Source: Callorhinchus milii
Lineage: Eukaryota
Direction of reading: 5' to 3'
DNA length: 64,000 nt
Assembly: GCF_018977255.1 (NCBI RefSeq)
Contig: NW_024704742.1
Span: 23,066,001 to 23,130,000, forward strand
The notes below the pieces were generated by a model that saw only the letters and a program-made list of their open reading frames with translations, had not been told where the DNA came from and searched no databases. The position numbers and the translations under genes are program-made. The stretch's first letter is position 1. Every line of letters begins with the position of its first letter. This document shows, one piece after another, positions 24,383-36,475 of this stretch.

Positions 24383-27300
24383 ATATAAAAACAGTATGCT
24401 CCTTTCTGTTGCAGGGTAACATGCAATCGGACAGCCACCAGTCAGATGTTCAATACGATGTTCCTAGGCTTTGAAATTGCATTCAACTATTTTGCAGCAC
24501 AGATCAGAATGAATCCAACAATGAAACAATCTTGCTGCTGTGTACAAACCAAAAAGAACCATCTCCAGATTAGCCATGGAGCCACACAGATCCCCCGACG
24601 AATCTTTAACCCATCCAACTGGTTTCCTCTGATTTTATTAAGCTGGACTGTACAGTTATATATGTTTAGTGCTTTGAAATACATGAAGACAATAAAATGG
24701 CCCCAACAGGATGCGGTGAGGTCAGTAAGTGCTTTCGCTGCTGGGGAGGATATCCTGCAGCCATTCTCTTGGTGGTGAAAGATGATGAAAGATAATTCAA
24801 CAGCTGGATCAGTAGTTCTTTCAGTTTCCAGATGAAAGAAGCTTTCTCCTTTCCCTCATCTGATTGTTTTACTGGGAAACAGGCAACATCACCACTCAAA
24901 GCATCTCATCCGGAGGGAGTGAACAAAGACTCAAGAAAAGTCAACTGAATGAGCAACTAGCTCAAAGACTTTAATGACAAGTGGGAAATGCTGAGAAGCT
25001 TTGCCTTCCCAATTAAATATGTTTTTTTTAACATCAAGTCCTTGGCTGCCCAAACCACATGTGAGTGCGGATGCTCTAGAGATAAGTTTGCGAATGTGTG
25101 GGGGCGTGGAGAATCCTCGTATGCCATCCCCAATGAAGGCATCCACCCACACAAGGAAGTTGAGGAGGCGCAGGCTCGGGCTCAGCCTGGGAACAAACAC
25201 GGTAGAGGACGACCTTAATGCTTTAGCTGTGCATTGTTTGCTGAGGTTGCCGCCTTGATAGAGTAAAGGTGAAATTAAACCACAGACTACGTCTAACACC
25301 CCTAATGCGCTCAAGTGTGTTTCCTAAACTGGCTACCACAAATGTCTCTTTTTGGAAGAAAGTTTCGAGAGTGTGTGGAGCACACGAGTTGTGTAGGCAC
25401 TTAGAGTACACTCTAGCAAACTTCCAAACAGACCATCTGCAGATGTTTGTGCACACTGAAATGATGTCCTGCTGGACTCTACTTTAGTGCGTGAGACTTT
25501 GCCGTTTGATTTTTTTTTAAATAAGACTCCGACAAGTAAGTGAGCTCATAATTAGACATGGTTTCAGCTTTGCAGACTGAATTCTTTTTAGTTAGTGTTG
25601 CTAAAGCCTGAAAAATGCCCCATTGAAGCTCAAATACGTATTTACGGTAATCTTCACTTGACTGTCATTTACCAATCAGTTACCCAAGATCTCAAACCTA
25701 GGGCTTTAGCCCCTCTCCCCAAAGACAAATATTCAATAAAACAAAATTATAAGCTCTTGATGAAGTCAAATTTAGGATCATACACATCTCGCTTAAAGGG
25801 GAAGTCATAGATGATGGTGATTCAGATCTGAAAGAACCATTCATTTGCCAATAGGGCAGTGCTGCCACCTGGTGTTTGTTTATGTCAGTATTAAGTAACA
25901 CAATGACAGCCTTATAATATTGCAACTTTTCTCAGTAGATATACTATACTGAGATGCACCTGATGCCCTGTTTACTGTTTAATATTTACTGTTATACAAT
26001 GAGTGTAAGTGTCTTGACCACAGTTCCATGTACAGGTGATAAAGAAAATGACAAAGAATGAATAGACATCAAGCTCCTTCTTCAGCTCTTATGTTACATA
26101 ATACTCTTACCACACAGTTCCCATTTACTGCTCAATTGATCAGCAAGAATAGAGTACACACTATATATTTTAAGCATAATGTTCTCTCACTTTTGGTAAC
26201 TGTTGATTGCACCAAAAGAAAATGATTTGCAGACGTGTAGCTCCCAGTTGAATAGATTACGCAGGGAAAGCAAAATTGTTTATTTAAAGAAACAACCGAT
26301 CCTCTACTTGGGGCTGATCTGGCTCCAAGGTGACAAGCTTGGCAACGGAATAATGGAATGATAGAATCAAGTCAATGTTATTATTATTATTATTATTATT
26401 ATTAATGCTTTGTGGTAGTCTTGGTAGTCTGTTTCCTGGGCAGACAGGTTCACAGACCTCAAGTGCACTGCTGATAACAAACAGCCCGGCTCATTGGTGC
26501 TTAATGGGCAGGGTGGTCCCAGCTGAACAACAGCCGAAGGTTTGCCAGACGGTGCTCTCGGTGGCAAGCAATGCAGTTTAAGATGCTTAAATTCCATAGT
26601 ATCCAACGTACAGTCTAGAGTCACCAAGCCTTGGCCAACCTGCACCTAATCCTCTTCGGAATTAGGTAAACAGGGAGAGCTAGAGAGTGGCATTCCATTA
26701 CAGACCAATTTAGAGACATTTCTAAAATACTCTCAGTCTGATTTGGATAATGATTTGGTGAAGGAATTTCTGTGTCTCAGACTCCCAGCTGAGACCAAAC
26801 ATGTTTTTGCATAGGAAAGATTTTACAATCCTTCTCAGATTCAGTTTGGTGCCATAATGATAGAGAACTGATAGAGCATTTAAAACAAAAACATCTATAA
26901 AACAAAAAGGCATTGATGAAAGGGTTTCAGACACTACAAGATTTTGTGTCACAATGTAAAGCCTTAACTAGTTGTTTCATAACACATTGTAAACAGCCTA
27001 AGATAGTATTAAAATGAGGACTGTTAAAAAGGCACCGTATTCCCACCCGATAGAATCTATCTACAAACCATAAGAAAGACATAATGCAAATATTTCCACA
27101 CTGAACACAGCAACATAGCAAACCAGAAAATAAGAAACTGAATAATCAACCATTCAAATGATATAAAATGATAATTGCAGTTCTAGACAAGTTGCAAAGC
27201 TACATAATATTTTAGGTTTATTCAACATTAAATAAGTTATAACATAGGAATTAAAATAGACTCAGAATCTCCATAAACATAATTGCCATTTATTTATAAA

Positions 27301-28906
27301 ATAAATTCTTTAAAACACCGCAAACAGACTTTGGGGAATTTGATTTTAAAAAAAAGTGTTTTATATAATAATAAAAATCTTTGGTTTGAAAAAGTGCCTT
27401 ATCATCTCAAAGCACCCAAGGAGTTTTCTGTAAAGTGTATTGACTGTGTATTTGTAAATGATCGCAGCGGACAATTTATATTATTATTAATATATTCTGT
27501 GAAGCGATTTGAGACATCTCGACAACATGATGAAGCGCTATATCAACAGCAAGGATTATTGTTATTATTTACGCAGAGCAATGTACCACAATGTCACTGC
27601 ATGAAAAACAATTATTTTTATAAATAAACAATCCTTTCATTTAATTTAGTACTTTATCACATTGTCGAAACATCTCAAAGCGCATCACAGGATTATACTG
27701 TGAAGTGTAGTTACTAGGTTTTTGTAGAACGAGGAACTGAAAGATTACCTAAACAGGGAAATGGGACCTCAGTTTGAAGTCTTATTCAAAGGACAGATCC
27801 TCCAACAATGCAGTGCTTCCCAGCACTACATTGGATTGTCAAGTCTGTGAATTTAAGGTCTTGAATTGGGACTTGAACCTACTAATTCAGAGGTAGTTGA
27901 GCTCATCAGGGTCACACCAAAGTGTAGCTTTTTCACAAATCATAGCTTATCTAAGACAACAAGAATATCCAGGGTTTTTTTTACAATAAAAATAAACTGT
28001 AAACCAGATATCATTCAGAAAAGAAGGAGCAAGTTCTTCAATCCAGTCCATTCTGGGATTATTGCTTAGTGATGAATGGTGTGTGATTTGCCTGACCTGC
28101 ACTAGCATCATGTAGAAGTCAAACAGGGTCCATTGGCACAATGAATAAAAAGGTGAGCTCATGGAGGTTTTACGGGCAATGGTTGGAGGGGGAGTAATGT
28201 GTCAATGAAAGTTATGTTGAAAAAACAGTTGGGACTCTGTAATGATGCAGTGGTTTGAATCAGTAAAATCAGACGCCATGTTATAATGGAATATAATAAT
28301 AATTACATTTGATCACGCGCCATATCACATCATTGAGACGTCTCAAAGTGCTTCACAGGATATACTGTAAAGTGGAGTGACTGTGTATTTTGTGGGCGAA
28401 TCCTGGCAGCCAGTTGCGCACATCAGTGTCCTACAAACAGCCAGATAATGTTATAGAGCAGCTGCTGGACAGCACTTCTGTGATGTCAGGTCATCGATGA
28501 TATCGCTGCTGCTGGCACCCATCCTGCCATGCACACATAAGCCAACAACCACTCACAAGCATTTCTGGTTTTTGAGTCCTGGGAGGCCTTCTGCACTGTG
28601 TGTTTTAAGCAGGCAGCACCAGAGGTATATTGCACATCTTGTACACTGTGCCACCGAGTGGCACCCATGGACCCATATAGTGTCGGAACACAGCCACTTT
28701 CTATTCAGAAGTGCAGTATAACATCGCCCGACTGTATGTTTCTGGTAGTAGAATAAAATGCTTCAGTATGTGTAATGGAATTGTTTTATAGGAATGCAGT
28801 CCCTATCAAGCCTTGTTAAATGTGATACAAGATGAACAAGGTTTAATTATGAGTGTGTACTGATACAGATGTTTTTTTTTGCAGTTATGTGGTTTGAGGA
28901 AGAGCA

Positions 28907-28919
28907 GTTGCCTAGCAAC
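28907..28919. promoter_or_regulatory. Canonical RFX X-box (GTTGCCTAGCAAC), intronic
   Basis: Exact match to the GTTRCC-N(0-3)-RGYAAC consensus in non-repeat sequence. Confidence 0.55.
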
Positions 28920-31581
28920 GTTTTTTATTTCAGGATGGGCTGAAGCGAGACTTGTAATGGATGCCATATGGTTAATTCCATTATATAAACACCATTAAGA
29001 AACAGCACAGTAAACCTGACGCCATATCAGATTTATTGCTTTGAGAGCATGGATTAATTGAATTGTTCATTATTCCATTTTTGTGTTTCTGAAAGTACAG
29101 TCCTTTTATACTTCAGTATTGGTAGTGCTGTGGCACCCACCAATGCAGTCTAGATGTACGGTTACAAAAAGGGATGATAGCACATTCATCATAAACCTCC
29201 CGTTCACCCTGCAACCAATGTCCTGATGGGTAGCGTGGTCCTAGCTAACCAAACAGCAGGAACCTTGCCAGTCAGTACTCTCAATGGCAAAGCCCACTCT
29301 GGCGCCCAAAGCCTTGATTCTTGACAACCTGCAGCTCATGCTCTTTAGAATTAGGTAACCAGGGTGGGTACCTCTGGAGAGAGGGTGCATTCTATTGCAG
29401 ACACGGGGGAAATTTCCATGTGTATGTGGCATACATAGGTGGAACTCAGTATTGTCTGGATACTGGTTAGCATGGTGATGGGTTTCCACATATGTCAAAA
29501 TTGCAGCTGACCAAAGAAACAAATGCTTCCGGTTTATCCATAGTTATCATAGTTATCATAACTGCATTACATAATTATAACTCCCCCCTCTGCCCTCCCC
29601 AAAGAGAAACAAAAATCAGTCTGTTGCAACATGCACCTTTGGATAACAATTTGTCAGTTTAGCAGTGGGGACCACTGGTTATAATAAATAAATAATAATA
29701 ATAATACTTGCATTTGATATGGTGCCTTAACACGATGTTCAGACGTCTCAAAGCGCTTCACAGAATATATTGCGAAGTGGATTGACTGTATTTTGTGGGT
29801 GAAACACGGCAGCCAATTGCGCACAGCAGTTAAGAATGCAGCAGAGACCACCAGTTAAAAATCCAGGAGGAGGAAGCTTGGTCACTGACCTGATGGCACC
29901 GTTGGAGACGGTTTGAATCCACCACAGAATAATGGGCAGAAGGCTCCTGTGTCTTTTGGCAGCATGGATCCTAAATAAAATGTGTTTGGACAGGCTCAGC
30001 CCAATTCCAGGTGAGTGCAGGCTTACAGCACAACACTGGCCTAATACTCTACTAAACTGGCAAACTCATTCACAGGGATCACATGATGTCTGGTGTGACA
30101 AATGGAATATGTCACAATGGTGCAATAAGGGATTGCTCTCTGAGCTTATTGCAAAATAGAGGAAGCTTTTACCTGTATCTCAACTGACTTTTCAGGTCAA
30201 TGCTTGACCTGCCCTAAATGCAATCACTGCACTTTACAGTATACCCTGTGAAGCATTTCGGGACATCTCGATCACGTGATAAGATGCTCTATCAAATGTA
30301 ATGATTATATTTTGATGCTCGATCTTGCTGCTTGGAATGAGAAACTTCTCTTGAGGCTATATATTCCAGCAATTTTGACTATGTGCATTTTTCTGTGACA
30401 AGTGCACATACAGTTGGTACACTTAGAAGCAAAGGAAATGTCACTTAACTGAGGTGCCCAATTGGAAAACACTTCAATCCCTCACTTTCATGAGCACAAA
30501 TCCAACAGGAAAAATAAACAACCTGTGCTAAAGTTAGTCAACATAGTAAAACTCTTGAGAAATCAGTTACGACTAGAAGAGAGTTAATCTTTAAACAATA
30601 TTCTTTTCGAAGAGGAATAAAAATTGTGTAAAAAATTTTAAAGCAGAATTTATCAGCTGTCATAATATGTTATTCGTGACAAACAGGAAATGTCAGTAAA
30701 GTACAATTATTTTTAAAGTGCAATAAGATTACTTAATTCTAAACTAAGCAGTTTAATGAAACACATATTTGCATTGTATGCTATAGGTTAAACGTGTGTT
30801 TTGAAGTTTGAAATTCTGTACAAATGAGAGTATATTACAATGAATGTCAGAGATAATTTAGAGGATGAGTTTAGAGTTCGGAATGGTGCATAACCTGATC
30901 ATTATGTACCTGAAAATGTGATTTATTTTAGAAGAGAGATTCAGGAAAGGCTTTTCAACTTGTAATTTTTCTGAGCTTCCTGGTGTGTTTGTATGTTGGG
31001 TCAGACAGTGAAGTTGAGAGACGCCTGGTCATAATTTAAAGGGAGAAATAGATTTAGTCTACTTTCTGAACGTTTGAGAGTCCAGACTTTGGCAAATTGT
31101 TGAATTCAGTCTTAACTTTCCCCACCAAAGCCAGTTATTTGTAATTCTCAAAAGAACCTACAGAAAACCAGGTACAAAATTAAGGCTGAATTTAAGAATT
31201 TTTGCCAAATTCTAGATGTTCTGAACATTCAGAAAATTGAGTCCCGGTGGAATTTCTACCCTGATTGGAATCCATTCAACCAATGCAAGAGATAGGAAAC
31301 CAGAAGGTAGATATGGTACTACAATAGTAAAGAGTGTCACTTAAGACCTCTTTAAACATTCCAGACTATTTGAGCTATTACCTCGAAGAGAGCTTTTGGG
31401 AACATATTTGAAGTTGAGGTACAGATCAGCCATGATCTAATAAAATAGTGGAGTAGGGTCGAGGGTCTGAATGGCTTGCTCCTGTTCCTATATAATGTAA
31501 ACCAAATTGACCCAAACATCCTGGGACAAAAAATTATAAAGTATTCACAGTTGTTTTCTGATATTCATCTATATTTTTTGA

Positions 31582-32330
31582 TCACCAAGTATCTGACGCA
31601 TACGGAAACCCATTATCATGCTTAAGAGTATTCAAACCAAACTGAGGGTTTAATGCATGCCATCTATACATAGGAATTCCAGAGATATATGGTGGAATGG
31701 AATGTGCACTCTCTCCCTGGAAAGCATCCTGCTTTCCTAATTCTGGAAAGCATGAGGCACAGGTTGACGAAAGAAAGGCTTGGGGATCCCAGAGCATTAG
31801 GGTACTGCTGGAGTCTAACCAGCTCAAATAGTAGTTTGCCATTGAAAGCACTGTCTGGCAAGCTTTCCTGCTGCTTTGGCTTTCAGAGTTAACAGGAGCT
31901 GAGTGGGAAGAGTCCCTGCCTCTAGTGATTGGTCTGCCCTACCAATGAGCCAGGTTGGCTGTGCTGTCATCGGCAGTGTCCTGGAATACTGTGGACCTGT
32001 TGGCTCAGGAACCGGAATACCGAGACCGGCACAAGAGGACTGGCTCGATTCTGACATTCCATTGCCAGACATGTCACCCTGGAGGATAGTCATCAGTTGG
32101 CCATTTGACATCCGACAACAGCAGGTTTGAGCCCTCACTAGGTGGACGGGAGGTCCCAGGAACTGCCTGCGAGCCTCCTGGTAGGCAACACAGCTCAGCA
32201 TGAAATGCTTGAGAGCAATGCCACCATCTTCCTGTAGGACACACATCTCTTCTTATTAAGCGCTTGGTTCCACCAGTTGGAGATGTGGAACTTGATCAGC
32301 AGCCACTTACCTGTGCAGGCCAATAAAGGT
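31582..32330 (-). mobile_element. 3' end of a non-LTR retrotransposon with a C-terminal CCHC-like knuckle and a long 3' UTR; clade uncertain
   Basis: C..QEDGGIALKHFMLSCVAYQEARRQFL resembles LINE C-terminal C-x-HFxxxCxxY motifs. The downstream segment recurs at about 2140-2270 (+), 5768-6205 (-), 9715-10010 (-), 26400-26690 (+), 29240-29525 (+), 33935-34110 (-) and 59413-59835 (+). Confidence 0.65.
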
Positions 32331-33131
32331 GGATTCAGGCACTGGAACTCTGAACGCATGTTCACGAACTCGGACTCCAGATAACACCTTCCGGCAGCTT
32401 TTGTCCCAAGCCTCAGGGTTTCCTTATCAGTTATCTGACGAACATCTGCCTATCTGACGGATGTCTGATCTACTGTATAGTTAAAAAGTGTCAAGGCCAC
32501 AAATCCTGTATACATTTGTGAACATAACCTCCAGAATTAAAGGGCATCAACAAGCGTGTCAATGGTATGACTTGTTTAGAGTGACTTACAAGTCATGTGA
32601 AAGCCTATAATGACTTACCCGAAGATTGGAGAGCCTGTGAATGTTGCAACAATACCAATCCAGCACCCTTTTGAACAATTCATATTGTTTTCCAGCTTCA
32701 TTTCTGCAATAAGAATTTTTTAATGAAGTTAATACTCATGGATTTCACCCAAAAATGGTGTCAGTATTCTTTGACAGCAGCACTATATTTAATTTTCTAT
32801 CGCAAACAGGTTACTAGAGCTATCATTTTCATGAACTCCAGGGAACAAGGTCTAGAAACTAGACTGTGACCACAGAGTATCTAATACAATTGCTTGTGTC
32901 AGGTGATATTGTCTGACATATGAAATGAATGCCCAGAATATTTATGATTAGTAGATCGGTGTGGGACTAATCAAGTCTCAGAAAAGTCATGCTTACAATG
33001 GCACTGAGCAATGCTCGATCTAGGAGTTATCAGAAGCCATCCAAAGACAATTCATTGTTCACCCCCCTCCCCCAATCCCCCGCTTACGGTTTAATCAGAA
33101 ATGGCACTTTAGGTTCTACTAGCAGTACAGA

Positions 33132-33190
33132 AACCCTGAACCCAGCAGTAGAGAGGCCTGAACCCCAGCAGTAGAGAGGCCCCTGAACCT
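33132..33190. repeat. Short tandem repeat, about 24 bp x2
   Basis: cctgaaccc(c)agcagtagagagg repeated. Confidence 0.85.
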
Positions 33191-36159
33191 GGAATCGAGA
33201 ACCTTCAAACCCAGGAGCAAAGTACAATCATTTGATATCCTCACTCCGTTATACCTCAAGATTGAATCATCACTTTACCAATTAGGAGAGCCAGGAAATA
33301 GAGAGCCTGGATAGCACATCTAACTTAATTGCTGCCCTTTCATGCAAGAGACCTGGATTTGAAGTCAGCTCAGACATACAGCAGGAATGCTTCCCTTGAA
33401 GCCTGTTGAAAGAATATTCTGTCCCAACAACACATTTTTCTGACCAGACAGTTAATTGGAATGCTTATTAGAGATCAGTGTTTACAAGTTCCAAATGTTT
33501 AATCTCCACCCATCAATTATCGTGACAGAAGCAGGTTTCTCCCATCCTTTCAAAAGCTCTGTGTCAGCAGAACATGCACTGAACACTCAGTAAAGATCAT
33601 GGATCAGATTCAGTTCATGACAGCAGTGGAAAAAATCTGCTGAACATGCCGTGGGGGAAGAAACATAGATTTGGCAAGTAAACTAAAGATATTCTAGTGG
33701 GATAGAATATTTTGAACTTGCAGTAAAGGCAGACAGACCACTGAGGAAATGACGATAGTGGCACAAGGTACAGCTAATGTCTATTAACCCTCACCAGCAA
33801 CATCACATGAAGCATGATCTATTGATTTCAAAGTCCAGATTTCTGTTACAACAATGTGCACCTAATTGGTTTTAACATAATGTGTGTGTATATATATATA
33901 TAAATATTCACTGATGGTAATACTATATTTCCCCTTTTTGTGGTCAGCCGGGTGTCTGACATATATGGAAACACATTACCATGCTTAAGACTTTCTAAAA
34001 CCAGACAGAGTTCCACATACATAAGTCTCCTTTACATGGAAATTGAATGCATCATTATGTGTACATTTTGGTACTGCTGGAGTTTAAACAGCTAAAACCA
34101 AATAGTGTGCCAAAATTTTTCCTAAATTAGTTTTTCTCCAAATATCAATCGATTTCTGAAAATGTTAACCTCTATTTATGTTCAAGAGACAGAGAACCTA
34201 AGGGTCCAAATTGCAGTTATTTTATTCCATTTCATTCTAAATTCACCAGCTATAAATCTCTATTTAAGTCAGTGGTATTTTGTCAACATTTTTGAATTGT
34301 CAATGAAATTAATTATTAAACTGAAATTAAATATTTGTACAAAGATGTAATTTTGTTAACAAAGCTTTGAGATCAGTCTTTTTATCAAGTCTCCAAAGTT
34401 GCTTTAATTTCACAATAAGAAGTACAGCACAGCACTTGGATACTTGCACAGCACTTGGATATTTGCATATAGGAATACAAAACCTTGTTGATTTCGTTTT
34501 ACGCAAACAAAGTGGTCTTCCAGTGCTTTCTCTTTCTCTACTAAAGCCTATTTTGCAAAGAGTCACTATTTGCAACTCTGCACAGCTGGTAAAGTTTTGC
34601 TCAGAAATCTGTGGAAAACAGCTGTTGTGCAGAACCATTCTTCACAGCTGTTCCGGATGGTAGAGTTCAATCCCACGCCAGAACAATATTATAATCTACT
34701 TTATAGAATAAAAGATGGTCCTAATATAACAAAGCTGATGTGATACAGGCAAAAACATTGGGGATGCTTAAAAATACTGCGATTTCCTGAAATAAGTCGC
34801 CAGGACTTCCAAAAGTCTAGCCTGTAAGGATATTTTGTCTTAAAATTTAAGACCACACAGAACTATAGAAATTTCTTAATTTGAAAGTCGGGTTTGCGAT
34901 AGTTCTTAAAAAGCGCTGGTGTCCAAATTAAGATTGAATTTAAGTATTTTCCACAACTCTGCGTGATTTTAAATTTTAAAAAAAGTAGCTCTGAGGCCAT
35001 TAGGCTAAAACTAGATGAGTTTCAGACTTCTGGTACATGTTAGAAAACTGAAACAAATCTGTCAATAGCAATTTTGCTGTGCGCAATTGCCTGCGGGGGT
35101 TCGCTCAAAAAATAGTCAATTCACTTTACAGTATATTTGTGAAGTGCTTTCAGACATCACAATGATGTGATAAGACGCTATATCAAATGCAAGTATTATG
35201 ATTACATTATTAATTGTTTGTCATCCCAGGCCTCTAACTAAGAGTGAACAGTTCGCTCAGTGTCACCTGCATTATCCAGCGAATTGGCAGTTTCAATTAA
35301 GAGAAGTAATTGACATTCTTATCAACATCACAACTGCTACACAATAACGTGAATGGTTAAAAACAGAATTATGAGCCGCAACCTAGGTCAATTTAGGATT
35401 CGGTGCCCAACCCTTGAAACAGCTGCATTATGTCATTTTTTACACCCCGCTTACTTGCTGTTCCAGAACTTTCTGCAGTTTCTGAAGCCATTCTGCAGCT
35501 GTTTACTGTTTTTCACAAAGTGATAAAATGCCCAGGGAACCTTTGAACAATACCCATTGCATTGGTCACCCAAATTTCACTTTACCAATGGTATTACATG
35601 TACTTAGATTTTGCGAGAGCCAGATAATACCAGGGCACCTCCACAGGCAGCTTCCGTTAGGTGTATAATGGTCCTAACCATTATGGAAAAGATTTGTTCA
35701 TTAATCGAGGAAAAAAAGTGAGACTTATAACAGCTGTGTATTGTGTATATTGTCCCTCCCAACTTGGCGATGAGTTTCCAGTGCCAGCTTCCAATTATCC
35801 ACTTAGCAGCGAGGACAGTCTGTCCTAGTGTGTCAGCCTGGGTCAGTGGTAGCAATCACATCTCTGAGTCAGAAAGTTGTGGGTTCAAACCCACGTGAAC
35901 CATTCCAATGTCTGTGGGTTGCATTGTTGGAGGTGCCACCCTCCGGAAGAGACGTTAAACCGAGGTGCCTGTTCGGGTGGAGATATGCGAGATAGACAGT
36001 GCCTGCAGATTCCACAATGCAAGTGAAATTCAGTATTTTGTTTGAGTGAGAAACACACAGCTCACAACAGAACCAATGTTAAGAAGAGTAAACAAAATAG
36101 TGCAGATGCTTTACCACATCATCTTAGTCTCAGACACACCTTTTCTCTCTCTGGTTCTG

Positions 36160-36475
36160 CTTATTTTGTTGCAATCTTCCTTCCCTTTTGTTCTGCAGTA
36201 TTAACACCTCTATTCCCCTGCTTTGTTGCAATCCCCCCATTGTTTTGCATCATTAACACCTCTTTAACACATCATCCCCTGTCCTCTACCCCATTTTTTC
36301 CTTTGTCTTCCTTGCTCTGCCAACCCCCCCTCTCTGTTAGCCCTTAAAAGCCTCTCCCTCCCAACATGCCCCATTTCTGATGAAGGGTCGTCGACCAGAA
36401 ACGCTGACTCACTTTCCTTTCTCTGTAGTTGCTGCCTGACCTGTTAAGTGTTCCCAGCGACTTCTGTTTTTGTTT
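36160..36475 (+). mobile_element. Penelope-like terminal repeat: pyrimidine-rich leader plus hammerhead motif at 36373-36409
   Basis: CTGATGA-A-GGGTC-GTC-GACCA-GAAAC-GCT-GACT plus the shared tail. Confidence 0.7.

Noticed and set aside
32311..32422. Minus-strand exon candidate with CAG|GTAAGT donor
   Set aside because: The donor lies in the LINE remnant and the acceptor lacks a pyrimidine tract.
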